Assembly: GCF_964355755.1 (NCBI RefSeq)
Contig: NC_092673.1
Coordinates: 18,039,648 to 18,103,647 of the forward strand
DNA: 64,000 nucleotides
Direction: 5' to 3'
Source: Antedon mediterranea
Taxonomy: Eukaryota; Animalia; Echinodermata
The translations under genes and the position numbers were made by a program. The notes beneath the pieces are model-generated. The model was not told the DNA's origin. It saw nothing but the letters and a program-made list of their open reading frames with translations, and searched no databases. Positions within the stretch are counted from its first letter, which is position 1, and each line of letters opens with the position of its first letter. This document shows, piece by piece, positions 52,126 through 64,000 of the stretch.

Positions 52126-54465
52126 CAGGGCCGTAGCCAGGATCTGTCAAGGGGGGGTTCGGACACTAAGTATTTGGGTCACTGTCCCACTGTCACTGTG
52201 TTTCCCTTGTGGCCCGGGCAACAGCCTTAATTTCATACTAAATGTTGTTTCTGCCACTAAATTGAGTTCCATTTCATCATATACCATCCGGACACGGAAC
52301 TTGATAGGCTTAGTCATAAAGTAGTTACAGAGTTGCAGGGCATTTTATCATTGTTGAATGTTTTGATATTAGCCTAATTGTTAAAACGACCTTCACAACC
52401 AAAATATTTCTTTGTAATAAAATCTATTTTAAATGGAACGCTACAAAAATAATCCTCTGCTTTATCAGAGCATGCATACCTAATAACCAGACAAGAACGT
52501 GTCTTTATTACATTTTACTATCAATCTATTTTCAAGTCACGCAATCCATTTTTCAACAATATAGTAGTATAATAACATTTTGATTGAATAGTGAGGGATT
52601 AGTTACAGTTTGACTTTGAATAAACAATTGGTAATTTACTGAAAATCCAAAATGAACTTGTGTTATAATACAAAAAAAATTATTCAATCAAAGAAACGCT
52701 CTACTACACATGAGAAATAGATGTCGGTCGATAAACTTCTGATGACGACTAAAACAACGACAATCAGCTAAATGTTAGTAATTTTATTTCATCTCTGGCT
52801 TGTTACATTTTTCATGACACATTACCGGACTTCCCCCTCCTCTCGCAATGAACGACAGTACAGATCCTCCCTATCTAGGCTCGTGTATGTAGCATACTAC
52901 TACGTTATTCACAAATTACGCACGCATAGCAGTGTTACTAGAACCATCACAGATTACCTCTAATGGATCAATCATTCACACATGATTTTAAAAATTCATC
53001 GACAAACGAAATATAGCCTATATTCATTCCTTTTAAATATTAGGCATATTGCCAAGGCTAATAATCGATTTGTCCATAATTATTGCGTTTTGCCGGGGGT
53101 TTTCCATAATCTAAGGCCAATTTTTAGGCCAAATCATAATTGTGCGTATAGTGTTGTATTTCCGATGCGTGTAGTACCCTATTTATCTTCATTTCCGTAC
53201 GTTCGTCGTAAATAGGCCGAATTTCCGTAGTAATTTATAGACGTTCCAAAATTTGAACCGTGCTATACCGGTAACAGAGCAAAGTTTGCTTCTTTCTGCA
53301 AATTTCCTATCATTATTTTCTTTGTTTTATTTGGAGTGTGGTTTAAAACATCACTTTTGTAAAGTTTATAGTGGATAAATGAAAAGGAATTTTTGGAAAA
53401 TGTGGTTTTAACATCTGACTTTATTTAGCATTTTTAAATGAATTAAAATTCCAAATTATACAATTTAACCTTTTGCTCAATATATTTATAGCAACTGCTT
53501 CATATTTTTTGTACAACTTTTTAAAATTATTAATTGATAATTAATTTACTGTACATTAATTGAGTACAGTTATTAGAATGTATTACCGTACCAAAAGTAC
53601 CTTAATCGGAGACTTCCCTGCGACGTTTGCATTGAACGAAAAGAAAATTATCATAAATTTACGTGCGCGAGTACTATTTGCGGCCATCTAGGGGTCTCAT
53701 TTAACAATTTGCTTGCTCAAATACTCAGTGTCTACAGCCCTGGAGTCTTTGGGCAACCCTCTTCTTAAAATAGTCCTGCGACCGCCCCTGATAGCTCTAT
53801 CTATATTTATTTACAGCAATTTGTTGAGGAAACTAAATATATCAATGTAAATAGGTGGTATTGGTACAGTTGAGTAGGCCTACGTATCGGCTGGTGGTCT
53901 AGAAAAAAATAATCGAATGCCATAGGCCTAATGTAAACTACAGTACATGATACCATAGATATTATAGTGTAATATATTAAATTCACTATAATCCTCTATG
54001 ATGATGATACACTATACTTCATAGCCACACATAAATATTGTAGGTAACCGCAGCGTTCCATTTTTTGATGTACGTCGGAAGGCTATATACTTTATGCATG
54101 CTGACTGCCAGTGATCGAAACAATAGGTACGCGGTTGTCTAGCGGTGTTCTTTGTACGATTCGTTCGTGCCCAAGCTCGCGTCAATATCATGTTACATCC
54201 TGGGACCAAAAATTCGTATTATTTTTCAGGTGAAAATCGGCAACCAATTCATTTGTTATTCACGAACGAGTTTACAAATTTTTCAATTTACAAACAACCT
54301 TTTGTATTGTGGGGCACGTATTTGGAGGATTTTCAGAGATGAGGGTGTGGTGAGGTATTGTGGATGTCGGGGATAGGGGTTCGCAGTCGGTTAAGGGGGT
54401 GGGGGGGGTTTGCTGTAAAGGGGGGTTCGCCCGAACCATAAAAACCCCCCCTGGCTACGGGCCTG
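52126..54465. mobile_element. hAT-like non-autonomous element with 5-bp TSD
   Basis: Termini CAGGGCCGTAGCCAGG / CCTGGCTACGGGCCTG; GGATT on both sides. Confidence 0.75.
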
Positions 54466-56081
54466 GGATTCCATGTCATGATGGCTACGTTAAAACATTG
54501 GGGCCCATGGGCCTAGCTACTGTAGCCTACTAGACGATTGGCCCATAAATAACAAAACTCAGTGGATTTCAAACTCCTAAACAATCTAAACCTAAAACGT
54601 TCTACAAAATCGGCTGTAAATATTGAGGCAAAACAAGGTCCGATCGCCGTCCGCACGTTATGGTGTCCCGCGATCGTCTAAGTAGGCCTAAAATAGTTTA
54701 CTCTCCAAAAAAGCGGATACTGCATCAAGCAAGTAGACTTAGTAGTAGGAAGGAGACCTAGCCGATCCGGCCCAGTTAAAAATTGAGCTAGCTAGTGTAG
54801 TAGACCCTATGCGAATTGATACTACCAGGCCTTTTACTATAGGCTACACTTGTTAAAATTAGCAATACTATGTTCACCAATATTCCAACTCTCTCATTCG
54901 ATCTCTATTATAAGATACCATTCCGGTAGGTCAAGTCGACCTTCAATGAAATACTGTACATCGTTCATGTTGTGATTATAGACGGGGTATACTCGACCCG
55001 ACCAGTTTGGTATTGTATACTGTACCTGCTTATCATGTGACGATGTCAGGCATGGGCAGAGAGCATGTGTATCGCTCCTCAGCAGCAGGAATGTACAGTA
55101 TACGTTACGCTTCATTGATTATGAAGGCTTTTCCCTAAGTCAGTGCGAACATCGGCAAACGTAAACTGAATCTCCAAATGATTTTACACAATTGTGATGA
55201 ATTTTCATAGAAAATTGACTTTATAAATGGGAAGACCGACTAAAATTACATCAGATAAGTATAATTTTACAAAAGTAATTGATATGGTTAATGATAACAA
55301 GTCGTCGGAAGATTGACCATTTCATGAATTTCCTATTCTGTAACCACAGTGTTATTTTGCCGTAGCTGCACTTGTAATCTGGCCTCATTTCACAGCCTTC
55401 GTTCTGCTTCACTGGGCGCTGATATAAATTGAAACTTTTACCGTTGAAGAGATAAACAAATATATTTTATATAATTTTAAACCCAGAACCCTCCTTTAAT
55501 GTTCATGCTCGACTCATTATTGAAGAGATCGGGCCTCCAGTCCTTGTAACCAAACATTTTTAAAAACCCATGAAAAAGGTAAAAAAGAATTGACAAGCAG
55601 AGAGTCGACCCCTGCAACCCTGCCTCTAGGCCTATACCCTCATCAATACACCACCGATCCATCCAGCTTGTTGATCGAATCAGGTTTTACTTTGTATAAT
55701 ATGAATAGAGAACAAATGTATTATATGTAAGCATTTTAACCAACCAATCAGAACTGAGTTGACCTTGTTTCTATACTGGTGTCACCACATAACAAACAGG
55801 CCTTCCTGGGGTTTCCCTGATCTCACAACAAGCATTCAAACATGGTGTTGTGGTCTTTCATTTTCAGAAAACACAGTGTGGTGGTCTTTTGTTTTCATGA
55901 TGCATCAAACAACTACAATGCACTGCAAGTTTGACGTGATGCGTAAACAAACTTTTCTATTTAATTGTAACGGTAGTCGTGACAAGGGCCAAGACAATAA
56001 CGATGGCAAAAAATTATCAAATATAATATTTATTCAATCAAAAGTAATATTATAAAACAATGTGAAAATGTAGTGATTCTG

Positions 56082-59000
56082 ACTGATGTTATAGTCTCAA
56101 GAATCAATACCCAAACTAACTAACTTAACTACAAAACATATATTTATATTAAGGGGACAAAGGTATGACTAATTAAATGGTACCACATCCTGATTGACTT
56201 TCCTTGGAAGACCCTCCTCCGGTATGTAGTGTTCCAAGTTAAGTAGGCATCGGGGTGAGGAAGGGGTGAATAGCCTGTGTGACTAATAGGGTTTGGTCCC
56301 ACCATGTTACATTCCCCCGCTCGTCAATTCGAAGCCATGTCTTCGAAACCAACGAGTCACTGAGCCAAAAATGTATTGACAAACAAAAAAACAAACTTAA
56401 CTACGAACATCTTAAATTTAAACAAAAAGAAAAAGTAATTAATGCAAATAGTCACAAATTAATAAATCGGCAAACGTGGCAAAATATACAAAATTAAAAG
56501 TAAAATTGTTCAAAGTTCCCAATTTAAAAGTCATAATAATAATATAAAGTGTTCAGCTCAGCAATGCTCAGTTAAAACTAGACATGTAACTCGTCACTTT
56601 GACGAGTTTGGTTATCCGCCGCGCAAGTGGTGCAACATTAACATTAAGGGGATAGGTTGAAGACAAATGGAAGTGTTCACGTTGGCATTATGACCTGAAC
56701 TGAAGAATATGATATGTTGTTATTGCTGAATTTTATTATTTAAATTCATAGTATACACAGTATAATCTGTATCCATACCACATACAGTGTAGAATAGGTG
56801 AAATTACGGGACCCGCTATTTATTGCAATTTTTAACATGTTGACGGTTTTAAAATGAAACGCGAAGGTAGCAATTCCGAAAGGAAATTATCTCAGCAACA
56901 ACGTATTAGCGTGTAGAAGAAATTTGAATACGTGAAATATTGATGCGCGCTCTTTTAAATGTAATGAATTATGACGCAAAAGATGAAAATACGACCTTTT
57001 TTATTTAACTGGCCATATGATGACGTCACAACATCCGATTGGCAACATTTTTACATAATTTCGTATCTACAATCCAATAGCTTCCAGAAAAAGTTTTAAT
57101 CGTGATTATCACATTTTATTCTTACGAGCTATAACAGATTAAAATTTACTGTAAAGATGAAATTGATGCCACACGTGATTTAAATTTTTAGGCATGATGA
57201 CGTCAAAAAAATTAAAATATTTTTAACTCATGCGAAAGATAGTTGATTGACCTAGACAATATCAAAATCGGGGTGAAAATGGAAAACGGATAAGTGGAGA
57301 TGCGCTCTATTCAATGTGATGAGCTATGACGAAAGATACAAAAATCCTAAATTTTATATTCGCGTGGCCATACGATGACGTCACAATGTCCGGTTAGCCA
57401 TATTATATACCTGATCCGATATCTACAACTCATCTACTTCTAGAATATGTCATCCACAAAAATTTGACCGTCTAGTTTAGAAATTACGACTGTTTAAAAA
57501 AAGGCATTTTAAACGAATTTTTAAACCTTTTCATAAAAAACGCGCGCAAATTGTCCAATTCGACGTGCTCGTATGACGTATCTTTAAGTCGAAATTGTTA
57601 AAAATTTGGTAAAATTACTAGAAAAGGCTGGAAAAACATAAATCACGCGAAAAAAATACGTTTTCAATGCTACGTGCGCACCGCACACGTAAAAATGTGC
57701 GCACGCGTGGGAATTTTTGACATGCTTAAAACGACATGAAACACGTAGAAAGTTGATTATAAATTCATTTTGCGCATTTTGAAATTTTAAATGCGCGTGC
57801 GCGCGTAACTTTGTGTAAAACACGCAATTTTCTTTCAACAGAAAGTTAGCGCATGATATAAATTAAACTTTTGCAAAGTTTCAAGTTGAAATGTTATTTG
57901 GTTGTCGAGCTATGTTAAATACGACAAAATCGTTAAATCGCGCATATTGTCACGTTGCGCAATTGTAAACGTCATGAAAAGCTTCGCTTGACGACGTTAC
58001 GTAAATGTCAATATGTTAAGATAGTTACCGAAATGTTATGTTTGCGAGTTTTAGAGAAAAGCGTTACACAAAAATCATACAGAAAGAAAGAAGAAGAATA
58101 AAAAGTTGATGATGATGATGATGATGATGATTTCGTACAATCACAAGAGGTTATCCTGCAACTTCATTGCGGATAACCAAAAAGTCAGTTGGTCATAAAT
58201 TCAGTATTAACTCCCGATGGATACATCAATCAGCAGTCTATCAGTCCGTTGCCAGGAAGCAGTTTGTATTTTTGTAACAAAAAAAATCTGTAAACAACAT
58301 AACTGCAGTTGACTGCTCATTATATCTTGAAGAAAATGTTTAAAAAATGTACATTTCTGGACTCAAGTTTATCATTAAAGTGAAACAGTTTATCAATAAG
58401 TAATTATCATGTAAGTGTTAAAAGTTTCTTGTGATCCATTGTAAACTTCATTCAGGGAACATAGTTGTGAAAAGCTTCTTATATCTAGTGGGCAGGAGGG
58501 GAGAACCAATAAAACAAAATTCAACATACACATCATCATGAAAGTTGCAGTAAATTTAATACTACATTTAACTAAATCCAATTTGATAAGCAAATATTAG
58601 CGTATTATATTTAAGATTATACATTACAAACATGAAAGTGATTTTACAAAATTATTTAAAAAGGCACTCTTAACTACTGTACTGTACATAAGATAAAATA
58701 CGTAGTGATCCATCAGGTTTGGGGACAGAAACAACGGGGGCAGACCATGGGCTTGTCGATGGTTCAATAATACCATTATCATGCATGTGTTGTATTTGTA
58801 ATTTGACTTGGTCTTCTAATGCATAAGGGATTCTATAGGCTTTTTGTCTTTGGGGTATCTGTTGTTGTACGTACTTCATGTTTAACCATATCTGTTCTAC
58901 CTGGGATATCTGTAAACATAAATCGTTTTGAGTCATGATATGGTGAAGGTCGCCTTTCTGGGAAGGAGTAAGGTAGCCCGGGATTTCAATATCTTTATAG

Positions 59001-60935
59001 GATTGGGCCTGGGAAGTGGCGGGGCCTGGTGGCTCAGGAGGAAACCAGTCGTCTGGATCTGGGTCACGGGCAGTGTACATACAATCATTGTTTTGTTTCT
59101 GTGGACGTTCGTTGTATAACCGTAGTAAATTATAATGTGGTATGTTTTGTGTTTGTTACCAACTAGTATTTCATAATTAACATCACTTAAAACTTTAGAG
59201 ATAGGATAGGGACCTTGGAATTTAGATTTAACTTTTGATGTGTCATCTGGGAGGAGAATTAATACTTTCTGTCCAACCTTAAATTTTCGAGGCAATGTTT
59301 TCTTATCATAATAATGTTTCTGTTTCACTTGGGCTTGTTTAAGGTTGGTTCTAGCAATGTCATTTTTCTTGGGAAAGGTTTAAGTGGTAGGGCATCAGTG
59401 ATTGGGAACGTTTTAACGTTAAGGGCAGCAGCTAAATTAATAGCCTCTTGTCTTTCTTGGTCACAGGCTTGTTTTCTGGTAATACTGTAGCTAATATAGA
59501 AGGGGGCCATGTGACGTCGTTTGGGTTACCGGTCATAACTTCGTTGCCAAGTAATAAGTCTTTAGGGGTGTCATTACTCACGGCTGCCTTTAATTTTCCT
59601 TTATAAGCCTTACATTACAATCAATAGTACGTGTACAACTGGGAGGGTTATGCATTGACCAGTAAAGCCTTGTACGGTAACAGTTTCACTGGTATAATCC
59701 TTGGGTTTAACAAAAGTACTTTTTACAATGCTTTGGGAGCACCCAGTGTCTCTATGTGTGTCTGTCTGTTGTTAATTGTACCAGACAGTAACCATGGGTT
59801 TGTCCCACAATTGTGTTCAATATACAGGCCTAGTAATTGATCTTTTGCAGGGTTGTTGTTAAGGGGGCATTGTCGACGAAATGTGGCCTGGTTTATTACA
59901 TTTGTAGCACGTAATGTTTTGTGTAGTGTAGTGGTGATTGGTGTAGGTACCGCTAGGGGCTGAATAATTATCAAAAGGGATCGAGAGCAAGGGTTCTGGG
60001 GAATAACTCGATGTACTGTAGGTTGGGGAGGGCCTTGGGATGTGGGACTGTAACTAGGAAACGGCGGGCTGTTGATGGAGGGGTGGATATTCTCGGGGAA
60101 GGTCTGGTGTTGGGTTTAGAGATAGATTCCATCCAGGGTTTACCTTTAATTTCAATCAGGGTATCGGCAATTCGGGAAAATTCGTGGGACGTTTTAGGCT
60201 CTCTTTCTTTGATTAGGGAAGCAAGTGGGAAGGGGAGTTTTTGGATCGCCTGATCTAAAAGAAAAAAGTCAAGAATTTCCTTGGGGTCTTGTAGGTTAAC
60301 TTTTGCACTTCGGAGCCACCTCGTCATGTCTCGATCAAGTTTTCCAACCCACACTCTAGTGGACATTGAAAGGGGTTTGGGGGTTTGTCTAAATTGTTTC
60401 CGATATGTTTTGGCTGTGAGGTGGTACTTCAGGATAGCATCTTTAAGGTCGTTGTATGTGAAGTTCTGTAAAGGCATATCGTTGTAGACCTCCCTGGCTT
60501 TACCAGTTAATTTTGGGAGAAGGTGTAGGGTCCAATTTTCAGGGGGAATTTGGCACTGTGCTGCAATACGCTCAAAGCATGACAAGTAGATATCAATGTC
60601 ATCCTTCTGTGATTTTAGGGATCTTATTAATTAAGCAATCTCCTTCAGTGCGATCCTAGTCAAGCTAAGAAGCTAACCCAGTCAAGGAAGCCCTTCAACA
60701 GTCGGACCCAGCATATATTTGGATGCTACTGATGTTATACTCTCAAGAATCAATACCCAAACTAACTAACTTAACTACAAAACATATATTTATATTAAGG
60801 GGACAAAAGTATGACTAATTAAATGGTACCACATCCTGATTCCATTCCATTCCTGTTACAAGTTAAGTAGACATCGAGGAGAGTAAGGGGTGAATAGCCT
60901 GTGCGACTAATAGGGTTTGGTCCCACCATGTTACA
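56082..60935 (-). mobile_element. Decayed Gmr1-type Gypsy LTR retrotransposon
   Basis: LTR-like direct repeats ~56082-56311 and ~60728-60935; gag FERIA..W..LTGKA..YRKQFR (59971-60585); zinc knuckle CYKCNKPGH; integrase C-terminus KQKHYYDK..FQGPY (59130-59330) upstream of the RT start SPWSAPVV..KPDGSLR (58700-58850). Confidence 0.8.
56577..58180 (-). mobile_element. Helentron/DINE-1-like non-autonomous element (HINE)
   Basis: subTIRs GGTTATCCGC / GCGGATAACC; (ATC)n and (TTC)n microsatellites near the 5' end; 3' hairpin CTCGTCA..TGACGAG ending CTAGT. Confidence 0.75.
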
Positions 60936-61071
60936 TTAATACTGAAATTTATTACAAAAATTCGAGAACTTGCAATGCACATAGAGTATGACCATGGACC
61001 TATCTAATTTATAGGTCCATGGTATTATAAAGAAATTGGTACACTATTTAAAAAGTGTAATAAGGGATCGC

Positions 61072-62850
61072 CTCACAGTGTGTTGATTGACTTGGTACTG
61101 TACACCATGCACTGTGGCTGCTGTGTACAATCTCACAGTGTGTTGATTGACTTGGTACTGTACACCATGCACTGTGGCTGCTGTGTACAATCTCACAGTG
61201 TGTTGATTGACTTGGTACTGTACACCATGCACTGTGGCTGCTGTGTACAATCTCACAGTGTGTTGATTGACTTGGTACTGTACACCATGCACTGTGGCTG
61301 TTGTGTACAATCTCACAGTGTGTTGATTGACTTGGTACTGTACACCATGCACTGTGGCTGCTGTGTACAATCTCACAGTGTGTTGATTGACTTGGTACTG
61401 TACACCATGCACTGTGGCTGTTGTGTACAATCTCACAGTGTGTTGATTGACTTGGTACTGTACACCATGCACTGTGGCTGTTGTGTACAATCTCACAGTG
61501 TGTTGATTGACTTGGTACTGTACACCATGCACTGTGGCTGCTGTGTACAATCTCACAGTGTGTTGATTGACTTGGTACTGTACACCATGGACTGTGGCTG
61601 CTGTGTACAATCTCACAGTGTGTTGATTGACTTGGTACTGTACACCATGCACTGTGGCTGCTGTGTACAATCTCACAGTGTGTTGATTGACTTGGTACTG
61701 TACACCATGCACTGTGGCTGTTGTGTACAATCTCACAGTGTGTTGATTGACTTGGTACTGTACACCATGCACTGTGGCTGCTGTGTACAATCTCACAGTG
61801 TGTTGATTGACTTGGTACTGTACACCATGCACTGTGGCTGCTGTGTACAATCTCACAGTGTGTTGATTGACTTGGTACTGTAGACCATGCACTGTGGCTG
61901 CTGTGTACAATCTCACAGTGTGTTGATTGACTTGGTACTGTAGACCATGCACTGTGGCTGCTGTGTACAATCTCACAGTGTGTTGATTGACTTGGTACTG
62001 TACACCATGCACTGTGGCTGCTGTGTACAATCTCACAATGTGTTGATTGACTTGGTACTGTACACCATGCACTGTGGCTGCTGTGTACAATCTCACAGTG
62101 TGTTGATTGACTTGGTACTGTACACCATGCACTGTGGCTGCTGTGTACAATCTCACAGTGTGTTGATTGACTTGGTACTGTACACCATGCACTGTGGCTG
62201 TTGTGTACAATCTCACAGTGTGTTGATTGACTTGGTACTGTACACCATGCACTGTGGCTGCTGTGTACAATCTCACAGTGTGTTGATTGACTTGGTAATG
62301 TACACCATGCACTGTGGCTGTTGTGTACAATCTCACAGTGTGTTGATTAACTTGGTACTGTACACCATGCACTGTGGCTGCTGTGTACAATCTCACAGTG
62401 TGTTGATTGACTTGGTACTGTACACCATGCACTGTGGCTGCTGTGTACAATCTCACAGTGTGTTGATTGACTTGGTACTGTAGACCATGCACTGTGGCTG
62501 CTGTGTACAATCTCACAGTGTGTTGATTGACTTGGTACTGTAGACCATGCACTGTGGCTGCTGTGTACAATCTCACAGTGTGTTGATTGACTTGGTACTG
62601 TACACCATGCACTGTGGCTGCTGTGTACAATCTCACAGTGTGTTGATTGACTTGGTACTGTACACCATGCACTGTGGCTGCTGTGTACAATCTCACAGTG
62701 TGTTGATTGACTTGGTACTGTACACCATGCACTGTGGCTGCTGTGTACAATCTCACAGTGTGTTGATTGACTTGGTACTGTACACCATGCACTGTGGCTG
62801 CTGTGTACAATCTCACAGTGTGTTGATTGACTTGGTACTGTACACCATGC
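61072..62850. repeat. 60-bp minisatellite, ~30 near-identical copies
   Basis: ctcacagtgtgttgattgacttggtactgtacaccatgcactgtggctgctgtgtacaat. Confidence 0.97.
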
Positions 62851-62970
62851 CAACTCGTACCCACCAACTCGTACCCAAATTTTGGCTTACTCGTACCCAA
62901 AATTTTGGCTCACCCGTACCCATCATTATTGGCTAACCCGTACCCATCATTGGCTGGCCCGTACCCAAGT
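62851..62970. repeat. Cluster of (A/C)(C/T)CGTACCC motifs, probably subterminal repeats of a DNA transposon
   Basis: Six spaced CGTACCC motifs directly abutting the 60-bp array. Confidence 0.5.
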
Positions 62971-64000
62971 TTAATGCTATTTAAAGTATATTTATATAGG
63001 CCTATTACAGTTAAACCCAGTTTTATTACATTTTTAGATCATATGTTCGATATTATAATGGCAAAAACTATTTACCTAAGTATAATTTATGTACAGACTC
63101 ATACGAAAAAAGCACAGCTTTCATCGTATTTGGGTCGTAGTTAAATTAATACTTGAGGGCGCTGTTTTACATGGAAGATGTCAGTGGTCGGCTATGCTGC
63201 ATTCTATTTTTTTTCATTTATGAATAGTTATTGATCGATCTATTATTTACTACGAATAGCCTGTACACACTTTTCATTTTATTTTACAGATAATGAAGTA
63301 ATGTGCTTTTTGAAAATCGTTTTAAAAATGGTTTTTGTTGTTTTGTTTTAACATTTCGAAAATATTTAATACATTTTTAAGTAGTCACTCGTATTTTAAA
63401 ATCATGAAACTATTGTGGATACCAGCCTCATTTTTGCTGCTAAGGACCATTTTAGAATAATGAATCTAAGTAGATTATTGCCGTTTTTAAAACAAATTCC
63501 CTAGGACATGATGGATGTGAGAATAATAATAAAAGGTAACCTCCAATAATTTAACATTTAATTACAAACGACAACATTTGCTGTTATTACGTTTTCATTT
63601 TATAATGATTATTACTGTATTATTATGACTAAAAACCGAAATAAAATACTACTAAAACTAAAAAAAAATCATCTTATCGCTGACAGATACGTATGTACAC
63701 AGACACGTGTAGGTAGGCCTTCAGAACGTTTATATTATTTTAGTAAATAAGACGACATCCGTTGCCATGGAAAAACGAGTGTGGGTCATTTATTTGTAGA
63801 ATATTATAGAATGCGTATTTTTTTAAAAAAGGGAATCCCTCGTCAGCAAAAACACGTAGCTGTTATTGAGGAAACATCTACCAAAAATGTTTAATTGCTG
63901 TAAACAAACAGATAATTTTACTGAATTATTTAAGAAAAAAAAAAATAGAAAACGATCGTTTGGCGTTGTCTATTTTTTTTACACACTGTAGCTGTTATAG

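Noticed and set aside
58393-58593. Coding-looking minus-strand stretch inside the Gypsy remnant
   Set aside because: Frameshifted, no recognisable domain, no clear splice sites
61044-62900. 618-aa repetitive ORF as a real protein gene
   Set aside because: An open frame is expected from a stop-free 60-bp unit; frames on both strands are open, and there is no non-repetitive domain or splice evidence

Overview
AT-rich eukaryotic (marine-invertebrate-like) genomic DNA dominated by nested transposable elements. A spliced plus-strand host gene runs through ~10.0-39.6 kb. Twelve GT-AG exons join in consistent phase (2364 nt, ~787 aa visible, 5' end not seen). They encode ankyrin repeats, a ZU5 domain ending in the PIDD-type autoproteolysis motif HFSW, a UPA-like region and two tandem death-effector-domain (DED)-like modules. 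This looks like a PIDD-like death-fold sensor/adaptor with an unusual architecture. One intron holds an ~8.7 kb, ~125-copy 69/70-bp satellite made from the conserved 'VRQGGVMSPLL' segment of a LINE reverse transcriptase. The rest of the window contains a near-intact BEL/Pao element (5-bp TSD) inside a LINE, a non-coding LTR element inside a P-like DNA transposon, a decayed Gmr1-type Gypsy (integrase before RT), piggyBac-, Kolobok-, Harbinger-, Merlin/MULE- and hAT-like non-autonomous elements, two Helentron/DINE-type elements, a tRNA-derived SINE and three further minisatellites (62, ~100 and 60 bp). All domain and family calls come from reading motifs by eye; no database search was run.
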